Shown in pieces: positions 1 to 9,470 of a DNA stretch of 64,000 nt. Position 1 is the stretch's first letter; the number at the start of each line of letters is the position of its first letter. The position numbers and the translations under genes are program-made. Source of the DNA: an uncultured Patescibacteria group bacterium (lineage in GTDB: Bacteria; Patescibacteriota; Microgenomatia; UBA1400; PJMF01); the NCBI GenBank assembly GCA_905478415.1, contig CAJQIG010000002.1, positions 314,699 to 378,698 on the forward strand. Reading direction: 5' to 3'. The notes beneath the pieces were generated by a model. The model was not told where the DNA came from and made no database searches. It worked only from the letters and a program-made list of their open reading frames with translations.

Positions 1-189
1 CTCTAACTTTGATTGTTTTGTGATCTGTGGAGAAAGTTTCCACGTGATTGCGGCAATTATATTTTTTATTTTGTTCCTGCTGATCTAATAAAGTAAGAGC
101 CAGAATCTCAGGCTTCTTTTGTTTTTTAAGCTTTTTTAGCCCTGGCATTTTGTCGGGGCTATTTTTTTTAACGAAAAAATACTTATAAA

Positions 190-218
190 TTGACCCATAG
201 TAGTTTTTAAGATACAAT
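190..218 (+). promoter_or_regulatory. sigma70-like promoter (TTGACC-17-TACAAT) upstream of the small membrane protein gene
   Basis: The hexamers TTGACC and TACAAT, with a 17-nt spacer, can be read directly in the sequence. Confidence 0.45.
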
Positions 219-225
219 ACCAGGT

Positions 226-282
226 GTATTTCTTCTGCCGAAGGAGGGTTGTCCTCTTATGCTGCGAGTTCGGAAGAAATAC
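226..282 (+). promoter_or_regulatory. 5' leader hairpin (10+5 bp interrupted stem, about 26-nt loop) enclosing GGAGGG and a 15-codon uORF, upstream of the 310..660 gene
   Basis: The inverted repeat GTATTTCTTC-TG-CCGAA ... TTCGG-AAGAAATAC was seen. ATG 258 starts the uORF MLRVRKKYYFFNRSV and the hairpin begins right after the predicted -10. Confidence 0.3.
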
Positions 283-309
283 TATTTCTTTAACAGGAGC
301 GTGTAAAAA

Positions 310-660
310 ATGTCTCGTTTCAATTTTCACTTCAATGTCAACTTTGCTGAAGTGGCGCGAAACTTGAGCGCCATTATGTTCTTTTTCTTTTTGCCAGGGA
401 TTGTCCTGGCTGTTGGGAGCGGATGGTTGGTCTTTATTCCGTCCCTGATGATGGGTATTGCAGGGGCTGGATTAGCCACACATTTATCTACATTTTGGAT
501 TGGTTTTGTGATTGGGTTCTTGTATTTTGTCGGCTTTGTGGTCGTGTACAAGGCCGAAGTTAACAAAGCCCCAGGGAATGAGGTGAGCGTGGCCACTGTG
601 TTAACGGCTGCCATTTCGGCTACCATCTGGGGAATCGTCATTGGACTGATTTTTCTCTAG
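310..660 (+). CDS. small hydrophobic membrane protein (hypothetical)
   Basis: 116-aa ORF with about three hydrophobic segments. Translational signals are plausible. No family was recognised. Confidence 0.4.
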   Translation: MSRFNFHFNVNFAEVARNLSAIMFFFFLPGIVLAVGSGWLVFIPSLMMGIAGAGLATHLSTFWIGFVIGFLYFVGFVVVYKAEVNKAPGNEVSVATVLTAAISATIWGIVIGLIFL

Positions 661-718
661 AGCACTACTCATAATCCTGTAAAAGTAAATGCCTCACTCA
701 TTTTTGAGTGGGGCATTT

Positions 719-1369
719 TTATGTTTCGAGGTGGATGAATGCTTCTTCAACAACCAGTTGGACATTACAATTGGTTTCCAGCCGTTTTTTTAGTTGTAAG
801 ATTTCTTTCAAGTTTGATGCATGTAGTTGATTGCCTGGTTCTTTCTCCATTTTTTTATGAAGTATCTGTACTAATTCGTTCGCAAGGGTTAGTGCTTCAG
901 TGCGGTCTTTGTACGTTTCAGCTAATTCAATTTTTTTGGGAAGTGTGGCTTCTATAAGTGTGTGGTAGAGATCTTCATTAAAGGTTTGGGAAACAATTTT
1001 CTTTGTTTGTAAAATACATCTTGATTGGATTGTCGGCAAGATAGCATCGAGAGTTTTAGTTACCAGTAGAAATTGGGTATGTGGAGGTGGTTCTTCAACC
1101 AGTTTGAGCAATGCATTTTGGGCGGCTGAGGTAGCAGTATCGATTCCCAACAAGATAAAATAGTGTGGATTTTTGGCTGTAGCAGCAAAGCTAGCTTTTT
1201 CTTGAAGATCTCTAATCTGGGCAATTTTTAGTTTCTCGTTTTCAGTACCTATCCAGGTTATATGAGGATACATTTCGGTGCGACCAAAAGTGGTAAGTAC
1301 ATAGTCTTTAGCTTCTGCAAGCAAGTCGGTAGCGATCAGTAAGTGTGAGGTGAAGTAATTTGGTTTCAT
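719..1369 (-). CDS. holB: DNA polymerase III subunit delta' (clamp-loader, AAA+ lid/sensor region)
   Basis: The motif LLKLVEEPP matches the classic LLKxLEEPP motif of the delta'/tau family. Size is 216 aa. The gene is divergent from pilB. Confidence 0.65.
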   Translation of the reverse strand: MKPNYFTSHLLIATDLLAEAKDYVLTTFGRTEMYPHITWIGTENEKLKIAQIRDLQEKASFAATAKNPHYFILLGIDTATSAAQNALLKLVEEPPPHTQFLLVTKTLDAILPTIQSRCILQTKKIVSQTFNEDLYHTLIEATLPKKIELAETYKDRTEALTLANELVQILHKKMEKEPGNQLHASNLKEILQLKKRLETNCNVQLVVEEAFIHLET

Positions 1370-1432
1370 GTGTTCTTGTGTTGAGCTTATTCTAATAGAA
1401 GTCTATTGTTCTGATGGCTATTTTACTCTATA

Positions 1433-3730
1433 GTGGTTAGTGTACCTATGCAAGATCCTGCCCAAGATCCACAAGCTATGAAGATTCCTGAGAATAAACC
1501 CGTCGGTAGCATGGGAAGTAACTCTGGTGGAATCTCTATTCCTACAAGCGATCCTGTTGCCAGCACCAGCATGAGTACCGGAGGTAGTGTATCTCCAACA
1601 GACCAGACTTTACAAGATGAAGCCCAAGTTGGGACCGAAGATTTATCAGCCGCGGCTGGAGCAGTTGACCAATTGCTCGCCACCGCCGATGAAGGTTCCG
1701 CAGCTCCAGCTGTTTCGGCAGTGCCTGATGCGACTCCCGCCTCCGCTCCTACAACTGAACCAGTAGAAGCTGCACCCGTTGCAGAAGCGCCAACCTCAAC
1801 GTCGACAACAGAAACAATCGAAGTACCCACTGAGTCTGCAGCAACCACAACAACTCCGCCAGCGGCTACTCCAGCTGCAGAAGAATTACCAGCCGATGCA
1901 CCAGTTCCTGCACCAGAGCCTGTTGAAGCCACCGAGACACCAGCTGTAGCACAACCAACTGCTGACAGTGCAACCCCAGCTACTCCAACACCTGGTGGTA
2001 AACCCAACTCAATTTTAGATATTTTGCTTGCAAGTGGTGAGGTAACGGAAGAAGCTTTCAATCAAGTCAGTGTCGAGCACATTAGTAGTGGTACGCCAAT
2101 TGAAAAAATTCTGACAGACAAAAACTATGCTGGTGAAGAGGCAATTACGAAAGCCAAAGCTGAGTTTAATAATGTCCCTTTTATAAAAATTGCTGATACT
2201 GGTACCGATCCTCAAGCGTTAACACAGTTGCCAGAGAGTGTAGCTCGAACCTACAAGATGTTGCCAATCAGTTTCAATAAAGCTGATAATCACATGGTCG
2301 TGGCCATGATCAACCCTTTGGATTTAGCGGCCATTGACTTTGCAGAAAAAAAATCTGGTGTTCGGATTGAAGCTCGGTATGCTATGCCGTCAGAGCTCGA
2401 ACGGACCATGGCTGAGCACTACTCACAGTCGCTTTCGAGTGAAGTTACTGAAGCTCTGCAAGAGACCTCACAAGTTGCCCAATCAAAGCAGAAAAAAGAT
2501 AATTTCTCTGCTCTCTCGGGAGAGACTATTCGTCAGGCTCCAATTACCAAAATTGTCCATACTATCGTTGAGTTTGCTATGAAGGCGTTAGCTTCTGATA
2601 TTCACATTGAACCTCAAGAGGGTCGCACTCGTGTGCGGTATCGTATTGATGGTATTTTGCAAGAAAAATTGATTTTGCCAGCTTCTGTGCATGATGCGGT
2701 GGTTTCAAGAATTAAAATTCTTTCTGATTTAAAGATTGATGAAAAACGTATCCCTCAGGATGGACGGTTCAACTTCCAAAATAATGATCAAGAGGTAGAT
2801 CTGCGTGTGTCTACCCTGCCGACTATTCATGGAGAAAAAATTGTGATGCGTTTGCTCAAGAAAGATCAGTCTGTACCAGATCTTCCTCAACTAGGACTTG
2901 ATGGTTTGGCTCTTAAAAACCTCAATGTAGCTAGTAAAGTGCCGCATGGCATTATTTTAGTTACTGGTCCGACTGGTTCTGGTAAAACGACGACGCTTTA
3001 CTCGGTTCTACACAAGATCAACTCTCCCAAAGTTAATATTATGACGCTCGAAGATCCGGTTGAGTATCAAATGACTGGTGTGAACCAAGTTCAGATTAAT
3101 CCTCAGGCTGGTTTGTCATTTGCTTCAGGACTACGTTCATTTTTGCGACAAGATCCCAATATTATCATGGTGGGAGAAATTCGTGACTCCGAAACGGCTG
3201 AACTTGCGGTGCAGGCAGCCCTGACTGGTCACTTAGTCTTCTCTACCCTCCATACTTCGAGTGCAGCTGGTGCTTTGCCACGTCTGCTCGATATGGGTGC
3301 CGAACCATTTTTACTCGCTTCGTCTATTACACTCGTAATGGCCCAGCGTGTGCTTCGAAAAATAAATGAAAAATATAAAGAAGAATACAAGCCAGAACCG
3401 GCAATAATTGAAGATATCAAAAAAGTCTTGGGTCCTCGCTTTGATGAATGGTGTACACAAAATAAAAAGAAGCCGGAAGATATTATGTTGATGAGAACTA
3501 AAAAAGATCGTCCGCAAACAGAACCAGAGTACCGAGGTCGTGTGGCTATTTTTGAGGTGATGCCGATTAGTGAAGCCATTTCAAAACTTATTTTGGAACG
3601 TCGTCCTTCTTCAGAAATGGAAAAATTAGCTATGTCAGAAGGTATGTTGCTCATGAAGCAAGATGGGTATATTAAGGCCCTCAATGGAGTTACTACAATA
3701 GAAGAGGTAGTACGTGTGGCACAAATCTAG
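1433..3730 (+). CDS. pilB: type IV pilus assembly ATPase PilB (GspE family) with a long disordered N-terminal extension
   Basis: T2SSE N-domain. Walker A GPTGSGKTTTLYS, plus Asp-box, Walker B and His-box regions. Residues 1 to about 195 are low-complexity, rich in A, P, T, S and E. GTG at 1433; an alternative ATG at 1448. Confidence 0.9.
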   Translation: MVSVPMQDPAQDPQAMKIPENKPVGSMGSNSGGISIPTSDPVASTSMSTGGSVSPTDQTLQDEAQVGTEDLSAAAGAVDQLLATADEGSAAPAVSAVPDATPASAPTTEPVEAAPVAEAPTSTSTTETIEVPTESAATTTTPPAATPAAEELPADAPVPAPEPVEATETPAVAQPTADSATPATPTPGGKPNSILDILLASGEVTEEAFNQVSVEHISSGTPIEKILTDKNYAGEEAITKAKAEFNNVPFIKIADTGTDPQALTQLPESVARTYKMLPISFNKADNHMVVAMINPLDLAAIDFAEKKSGVRIEARYAMPSELERTMAEHYSQSLSSEVTEALQETSQVAQSKQKKDNFSALSGETIRQAPITKIVHTIVEFAMKALASDIHIEPQEGRTRVRYRIDGILQEKLILPASVHDAVVSRIKILSDLKIDEKRIPQDGRFNFQNNDQEVDLRVSTLPTIHGEKIVMRLLKKDQSVPDLPQLGLDGLALKNLNVASKVPHGIILVTGPTGSGKTTTLYSVLHKINSPKVNIMTLEDPVEYQMTGVNQVQINPQAGLSFASGLRSFLRQDPNIIMVGEIRDSETAELAVQAALTGHLVFSTLHTSSAAGALPRLLDMGAEPFLLASSITLVMAQRVLRKINEKYKEEYKPEPAIIEDIKKVLGPRFDEWCTQNKKKPEDIMLMRTKKDRPQTEPEYRGRVAIFEVMPISEAISKLILERRPSSEMEKLAMSEGMLLMKQDGYIKALNGVTTIEEVVRVAQI

Positions 3731-3769
3731 TGTGGCTGCACACAACAGTGGTACAGTAAGGAGTAGGAT

Positions 3770-4834
3770 ATGAATATACATGACATTTTACAGTCGCTCG
3801 TAGATCAAGAAGGATCTGACGTTCACATTGTGGTTGGGACACCGCCAGTCTTACGTGTCAATGGTGTTCTCTCTCCTGTTCCAAACTCTCCCATTTTAGG
3901 ACCAAAAGAGTGTGAAGCTCTGATTTATCCGATTTTGACTCAAGAACAAAAGGATTACGTTGGGGTTAATAAAGAACTCGATTTTGGATACCAGTTTAAA
4001 GAACACGGCCGTTTTCGTGTCAATGTGTACCACAGTAAAGGCTCCTTGGCTGCAGCTCTGCGTTTGATTCCAAGTAAAGTTAAGACTCTAGAAGATTTAC
4101 ATCTGCCTGAGATCTTTAAAGATTTTACGATGTTCAAACAGGGACTTGTCCTCATCACTGGTCCAACCGGTGAAGGTAAGTCAACAACCTTAGCGGCCAT
4201 GATTCAACGAATTAATGAAACTCGAGCTGAGCATATTCTCACCATCGAAGACCCAATCGAGTTTATGTACACGCCAGCAAAGAGTGTCATTTCTCAGCGT
4301 GAAATTAACCATGACACTCATGGATGGGATATCGCTCTTAAGTCTGTTCTTCGTGAAGACCCAGATGTAGTTCTGATTGGTGAAATGCGTGACTTTGAAA
4401 CTATTGCCTCGGCTATTACTATTGCCGAAACAGGCCACTTAGTGTTTGCTACTTTGCATACAGCCAGTGCTGCACAAACAATTGACCGTATCATTGACGT
4501 CTTTCCTGCTCATCAGCAAGGACAGGTACGTCAACAGTTAGCAGCCACGCTTAAAGTTGTGGCTTCCCAGCGTTTGCTTCCAAATCCGGCGGGTGGTCGT
4601 GTGGCTGCACTCGAAATTATGGTGGCTAACCCAGCTATTCGGAATCTTATTCGTGAAGCTAAGACTCACCAGATTGATAACGTCATGCAGACGTCTGCTG
4701 GTGACGGAATGGTCTTGATCGAAACTCACCTCCAGCAGCTATTGCAACAAGGTGCTATTACGCAAGCTAGTGCTTTAGAGTATGCTTTTAGAAAAGAAGA
4801 TCTTGAACGATTACTAGGTAAGTCTGCCGCATAA
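3770..4834 (+). CDS. pilT: twitching motility/retraction ATPase PilT
   Basis: 354 aa. Walker A GPTGEGKSTT. PilT-type N-terminus (MNIHDILQ..., HIVVGTPP), and lacks the GspE N-domain. Confidence 0.9.
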   Translation: MNIHDILQSLVDQEGSDVHIVVGTPPVLRVNGVLSPVPNSPILGPKECEALIYPILTQEQKDYVGVNKELDFGYQFKEHGRFRVNVYHSKGSLAAALRLIPSKVKTLEDLHLPEIFKDFTMFKQGLVLITGPTGEGKSTTLAAMIQRINETRAEHILTIEDPIEFMYTPAKSVISQREINHDTHGWDIALKSVLREDPDVVLIGEMRDFETIASAITIAETGHLVFATLHTASAAQTIDRIIDVFPAHQQGQVRQQLAATLKVVASQRLLPNPAGGRVAALEIMVANPAIRNLIREAKTHQIDNVMQTSAGDGMVLIETHLQQLLQQGAITQASALEYAFRKEDLERLLGKSAA

Positions 4835-4836
4835 TT

Positions 4837-6036
4837 ATGCCATTTTTTAAATATACCGCCAAAAACCAGTTTAGCGAAAACGTTACGGGAAAAGTTGAAG
4901 CTCAGAGTATCGATCAGGCTGCTTCCCTTTTGCAAAGTCGTGGACTCTTAGTTATTAAACTTAACCCTTTGACAGAACAGTCTTTTGCTGCCATTAGTAA
5001 TGCCCTTTTTGGGGTTAAGCTTGATGATATTGTGAACTTTACCCGTCAGTTGGCCACTATGATTACAGCTGGTTTGCCGTTGGCTAATGGGTTGTCTATT
5101 TTGGTTCGACAAAGCAAGCCAGAAATGTCACGGCTAGTAGCTACTCTTCTCCAAGATGTTGAAGGTGGTAATACGTTTGCTTCAGCCTTAGAGAAGCATC
5201 CAGAGTTTTCTCGAATTTATGTGCAGTTAGTCCGAGCAGGTGAAGTTGGTGGTGTGCTTGATGATGTGCTCAACCGTTTGGCTGACAACATGGAAAAGCA
5301 GAAAGAATTTCGAGCCAAAACAAAAGGCGCCATGATTTATCCAGTCATTGTGATTATTGCTATGGTCGCGGTTGGTTTTATTATGATGATTTTCGTGATT
5401 CCAAAGCTAACTGAAATGTACAAAGACTTTGGTGCAGAGTTGCCATTACCTACGATGATTTTGATTGGTATCTCTGATTTTATGGTTAAGTTCTGGTACA
5501 TCATGATTGGGGGAGCTGTGGGTGGGTATGTGGCCCTGAACCGTTGGAGAAAAACACCAGTTGGTCGAACGCAGTGGGATCGATATGTTTTGAAAATTCC
5601 CATTTTTGGTATTCTGCGTCAAAAAGTGATTTTGACTGAGTTTGCTCGCACACTCTCCCTCCTCTTGGAGGCTGGTATTTCCTTACTTCAAGCACTTGAA
5701 ATTGTGACTGAAGGTGTCGAGAACCAAATTTATCGAGATGCCCTCAAGCAAGCTACTGACCAAGTCGAAAAAGGTGTTTCTTTGAGTCAGGCACTTTCTC
5801 GTCATGATGAGTTTCCACCGATTCTCCACCAAATGATGAGTGTGGGTGAGGAAACAGGTAAACTGGATGACGTGCTTTTCAAATTAGCTAAGTATTTTGA
5901 GCAAGAAGCTGAGCAGGCTATCAAAAACTTGACCGCCGCTATGGAGCCACTGATTATGGTGGTTTTAGGTGTGGGTGTGGGTGCAATGGTGATTGCGGTC
6001 ATTATGCCAATTTACAACCTGACAAGTCAGTTCTAG
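4837..6036 (+). CDS. pilC: type IV pilus inner-membrane platform protein PilC (GspF family)
   Basis: 399 aa with two GspF-like repeats and three TM segments. It sits immediately after pilT. Confidence 0.85.
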   Translation: MPFFKYTAKNQFSENVTGKVEAQSIDQAASLLQSRGLLVIKLNPLTEQSFAAISNALFGVKLDDIVNFTRQLATMITAGLPLANGLSILVRQSKPEMSRLVATLLQDVEGGNTFASALEKHPEFSRIYVQLVRAGEVGGVLDDVLNRLADNMEKQKEFRAKTKGAMIYPVIVIIAMVAVGFIMMIFVIPKLTEMYKDFGAELPLPTMILIGISDFMVKFWYIMIGGAVGGYVALNRWRKTPVGRTQWDRYVLKIPIFGILRQKVILTEFARTLSLLLEAGISLLQALEIVTEGVENQIYRDALKQATDQVEKGVSLSQALSRHDEFPPILHQMMSVGEETGKLDDVLFKLAKYFEQEAEQAIKNLTAAMEPLIMVVLGVGVGAMVIAVIMPIYNLTSQF

Positions 6037-6343
6037 TTCTTCAGTTTGTATAAAATATAATTTTTCATTAGTAGTAGTGCTGCTTAAACCCGAATAAGAC
6101 ACGAATAAAATAGATCATAAAAATGATTGATTTAGCAAGTAAAATGGAATATGCTGGATTTTAGCAGTCATTGCTCAACACTGCTAGTGTCCGATAAGTG
6201 ATTTTGCAAGGTGTATAGTAGTATCTACTGTGATGGAACTGCTTGTGAATGATACTTGTCAAGAAGGTTCACTTTAGTATAGAGTAAACATACGTATTGT
6301 TTCAAATATATAAAGGAACTAATTAGTTTAGAGGTAAAAAATT

Positions 6344-7021
6344 ATGAAACTGTCCAAAAGACTTCATTCACTTTTAACCTCAGCCCGATCGGCTGCAGGT
6401 TTTACTATGATTGAATTGCTGATCGTGATTTCAATTCTTGGTATTTTAGCAGTCGCTGTGCTTTCAGCTATTAACCCGGTTGAGCAGATCAATAGAGGTC
6501 GTGACACTGGTTCTCGTTCAGATGCTGAACAGCTCCTGAGTGCTATGGATCGTTTTAATGCTTTCCAGGGGTATTATCCTTGGGTCACAAACCCAACAGA
6601 TGTAGATCTTTTGGATGATGGTGCTGGTGGCATGCTGCTTATAGATGATACTTGGATGGTAAGTGGTGCTTCAGCTACAAATGGTGACTGTTCTGTTCTT
6701 CTCAGACTTGGTGATGGTGACAGTGCAGCAGCCGATGCTTGTACTGGTTCACTCGAACTGAAACGATCGTTTACTCAAAGAATTACCGATGCTGGCTATA
6801 ACCCACTCTATGCTTACAACGAAGGTGGACAGGGTGATAGTACCTATGTCTGCTTCACTCCTCAATCTGGAGCTTTTGTTCAAGAAGCTGAAACCCGATG
6901 TCAGGATGATGCCGGAGCTGGACTCCCTGGAGATCTCCAGGCTGTGGCTGCACAGGTATGTGGTGGACACTCACAAGGTGCTGCACCAGATCCAACTAAC
7001 ATGATGATTTGTCTTCCCTAG
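6344..7021 (+). CDS. pilA: type IV pilin (prepilin-type N-terminal cleavage/methylation domain); major pilin candidate
   Basis: Leader ...SARSAAG|FTMIELLIVISILGIL with G-1, F+1 and E+5. Six Cys in the C-terminal part. Preceded by a roughly 300-bp AT-rich region with a good RBS (AGAGGT) and followed by a strong terminator. Confidence 0.75.
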   Translation: MKLSKRLHSLLTSARSAAGFTMIELLIVISILGILAVAVLSAINPVEQINRGRDTGSRSDAEQLLSAMDRFNAFQGYYPWVTNPTDVDLLDDGAGGMLLIDDTWMVSGASATNGDCSVLLRLGDGDSAAADACTGSLELKRSFTQRITDAGYNPLYAYNEGGQGDSTYVCFTPQSGAFVQEAETRCQDDAGAGLPGDLQAVAAQVCGGHSQGAAPDPTNMMICLP

Positions 7022-7047
7022 TTAGTTGTAAATATATGAAACTAATC

Positions 7048-7081
7048 CCAGCCAGGTCGAAAGCCTGGCTGGATTTTTTTA
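7048..7081 (+). terminator. rho-independent terminator after the major pilin gene
   Basis: GC hairpin CCAGCCAGG-TCGAAAG-CCTGGCTGG followed by T8. Confidence 0.7.
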
Positions 7082-7124
7082 TAGTCAATTGAGAGGAGTG
7101 TTCAGTGGTATACTTAGAAACGCT

Positions 7125-7943
7125 ATGACACTCTTGGTCTTTTTGCTTCCGGCCCTTTTCTTCTTTCTACTCGGAATTGTTTTGGGTAGTTTTCTTAATG
7201 TTGTCATTCTGCGCTCCATCCGTGAAGAATCTTGGTTGGGTGGACGTTCCCACTGTGATGTCTGCGAAACAACTATTGCTTGGTACGATAACATTCCCCT
7301 ACTCTCTTATTTAGTACTGCGTGGTAAGTGTAGACACTGTCGAACAGCTATTTCACTTTCACATCCAGTTGTTGAAGGATTAACGGGCCTTTTATTCGTT
7401 TGGTGGTATGCCGGCCTCTTTTTCTTCTTTAAGTTGACCCAAGAACCATTTGTAATTTTGCAGCCACTTTTTTGGCTCCTCGTAGCAGTGTTGTTAGTAA
7501 TTATTTTTTTCACCGATATTTTGGTGTACTTAATTCCTGACAGAATGGTGATTCTGCTTTCAGGCTTAGTGCTGGTGTATTATGTGGCATTGTTACTCGC
7601 TGGCATTATGCAGCCAATGGACTTTTTGTATTCACTGATCAGTATGAGTGTGGCTGTCGCCTTCTTTTATGCGCTTTGGTACTTCACTCAAGGGAGAGGG
7701 TTAGGGTTTGGAGACGTAAAGTTAATTGCTCCGTTGTCCTTGCTGATGGGGTGGCCAGCAACGGTAGTAGGCATCTTTTCAGCTTTTATTTTAGGGGCAG
7801 TTGTGGGTATTTTTCTGATTATTTTAGGGAAAAAGAAACTCAAGCAACCAATGCCGTTTGGTCCGTTTTTAATTATTGGAGCAGTTATTGCCTTGTTGTG
7901 GGGACATGACATTTTTTCGTGGTACTTAGGCTTTTTGTACTAG
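7125..7943 (+). CDS. pilD: prepilin peptidase / N-methyltransferase PilD (peptidase A24)
   Basis: Zinc-binding CDVC...CRHC tetracysteine in the first cytoplasmic loop. Polytopic membrane protein with GFGDVKL-type motifs. The ORF could start at TTG 7089; ATG 7125 is preferred. Confidence 0.8.
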   Translation: MTLLVFLLPALFFFLLGIVLGSFLNVVILRSIREESWLGGRSHCDVCETTIAWYDNIPLLSYLVLRGKCRHCRTAISLSHPVVEGLTGLLFVWWYAGLFFFFKLTQEPFVILQPLFWLLVAVLLVIIFFTDILVYLIPDRMVILLSGLVLVYYVALLLAGIMQPMDFLYSLISMSVAVAFFYALWYFTQGRGLGFGDVKLIAPLSLLMGWPATVVGIFSAFILGAVVGIFLIILGKKKLKQPMPFGPFLIIGAVIALLWGHDIFSWYLGFLY

Positions 7944-7995
7944 GTGCTATTTCAGAGGGGTGACAAGATATCATAAAATCCTGTAGTATAGATCT

Positions 7996-8955
7996 ATGCG
8001 TATTCTGACCTTTTTTGTAAAGATTACCATTATTCTGCTGTTGCTGAGTCTTGGTGTGTTTTTGTTGGCCCGTGAGGCATTACTTCTTTCTGCAGAACAT
8101 ATGGTGAAAAGTTCACTTTCCGAGATGGTGCTGGTTTCAAATAAAGGAAGTTATGCAGCTGCCTGTAGAGCCAAAGGGGTGAGTGATTTTTCGTTAGGAT
8201 CTGGTCCGGTCTTGCAGCTTCGATTCTTAAGTGATCAAGAGTATGTGGTTGAGGTAAACTGTGTGGCCAACTCAATTGATCCAGTACTTATTAATCAACA
8301 AAAGTTACCTCCCTTTGTGACCAAGGGGCAAGGTGGATCAGGATTTACTTTAGAGCCAAGACGAAGTGCTATTCAACTTGATGCTTTTGCCGAACTTGAA
8401 ACAGTTATTGATGAGATTGTTTTCTTTAAACCAACCTTTATTTCCCGCTCGCTGAGCATTGCGGCCGAAGGTGGCGAGATTATAATAGACGATGCTACTC
8501 CACTAGATTATGAGAATGGACCGGTCACCTCTTGCTCAGGATATGGTTATTTCTGTTGTGACGCAGTAGCAGAGCAAGGTGTTGGAGATTCGATCACGGG
8601 TCTTTCTGGTTGTGAGAAGAGTTGTTTTTCTCAATGTGTCAGCCGTCCACTAGTGCTTTCGTTTACTACCAATCCATTTTTTGAGTTTACCTCTCGCTCG
8701 CTGGCTGTGCGTAAGGGAGAGACTATTGAGTTCTCCTACGTTGCAGATGCAGGTAAAGGTAATTCTGTAACTGGTACGATTGAGTTTGGCGATGGCGAAA
8801 GTGAGTCTGTGTCGTCAGACACTGGCACAGTCGTACATAAATATGCTTGTGCTATGGCTCAGTGTAGCTATACAGCTCGAATTACGCTAGTTGATAACTG
8901 GGGAGTTGACTCGTCAGATACAGAAGTGAGCAGTATTAAGATTACTGTTCAGTAA
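7996..8955 (+). CDS. membrane-anchored secreted protein with a C-terminal PKD-like domain (hypothetical; pilus-associated?)
   Basis: N-terminal TM/signal anchor. The C-terminal ...TGTIEFGDGESE..HKY..G.Y.ARITLVDNWG is a PKD-domain-like pattern. Cys-rich middle region. Located between pilD and the minor pilins. Confidence 0.45.
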   Translation: MRILTFFVKITIILLLLSLGVFLLAREALLLSAEHMVKSSLSEMVLVSNKGSYAAACRAKGVSDFSLGSGPVLQLRFLSDQEYVVEVNCVANSIDPVLINQQKLPPFVTKGQGGSGFTLEPRRSAIQLDAFAELETVIDEIVFFKPTFISRSLSIAAEGGEIIIDDATPLDYENGPVTSCSGYGYFCCDAVAEQGVGDSITGLSGCEKSCFSQCVSRPLVLSFTTNPFFEFTSRSLAVRKGETIEFSYVADAGKGNSVTGTIEFGDGESESVSSDTGTVVHKYACAMAQCSYTARITLVDNWGVDSSDTEVSSIKITVQ

Positions 8956-9027
8956 GAGCTGATCGCTTGCTTTTTGAGGGTGTATCTGCCTAGAATAAGA
9001 AGAAAAAGTATAACAAAGGAAACTACT

Positions 9028-9453
9028 ATGCTAAAGAAAAATATGCGAGGTTTTACCCTACTAGAGCTACTAGTAGTTATCTCCATCATTGGTATCTTGA
9101 TTGCCATCAGTGCGGCTGCATTTACGAATGCGCAGCAAAAGGCTCGTAACGCTAAGCGGCAAGGTGATGTTAGTGCCATGTCGAAAGCATTTGAACAGTA
9201 CTACTCTATTAATGCCAGTAGTTATGGTGCCAACTGTACTGCTATGGCAGGTTCTATGTCTGGTGGTTCTCTCCCAACTGACCCTAAAGGCGGTTGGACT
9301 TCATACTCATGTACCAGTACTGGTGGTGTGACCAATACTTACTGTGTCTGTGCTCGCCTTGAACCAGCAGGAAATACCGATGGCAACTCAGGAGCAGCTT
9401 GTTCAGGTTTGGGTAGTGCCGGTGAATACTTTTGCCTAGTACAACAACAATAA
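9028..9453 (+). CDS. prepilin-type minor pilin / pseudopilin
   Basis: MLKKNMRG|FTLLELLVVISIIGIL leader with E+5. RBS AAGGAAA. ATG 9028 preferred over the upstream ORF start. Confidence 0.7.
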   Translation: MLKKNMRGFTLLELLVVISIIGILIAISAAAFTNAQQKARNAKRQGDVSAMSKAFEQYYSINASSYGANCTAMAGSMSGGSLPTDPKGGWTSYSCTSTGGVTNTYCVCARLEPAGNTDGNSGAACSGLGSAGEYFCLVQQQ

Positions 9454-9470
9454 CCAAGAAAGTGGAACGT

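Noticed and set aside
327-641. 104-aa minus-strand ORF
   Set aside because: It is fully antisense to the better-supported small membrane-protein gene 310..660.
1423-2061. 212-aa minus-strand ORF, rich in A/G/S/T
   Set aside because: It is antisense to the low-complexity A/P/T-rich N-terminal region of pilB. The repetitive GC-rich codons on the sense strand keep the antisense frame open. It has no start context and no recognisable features.
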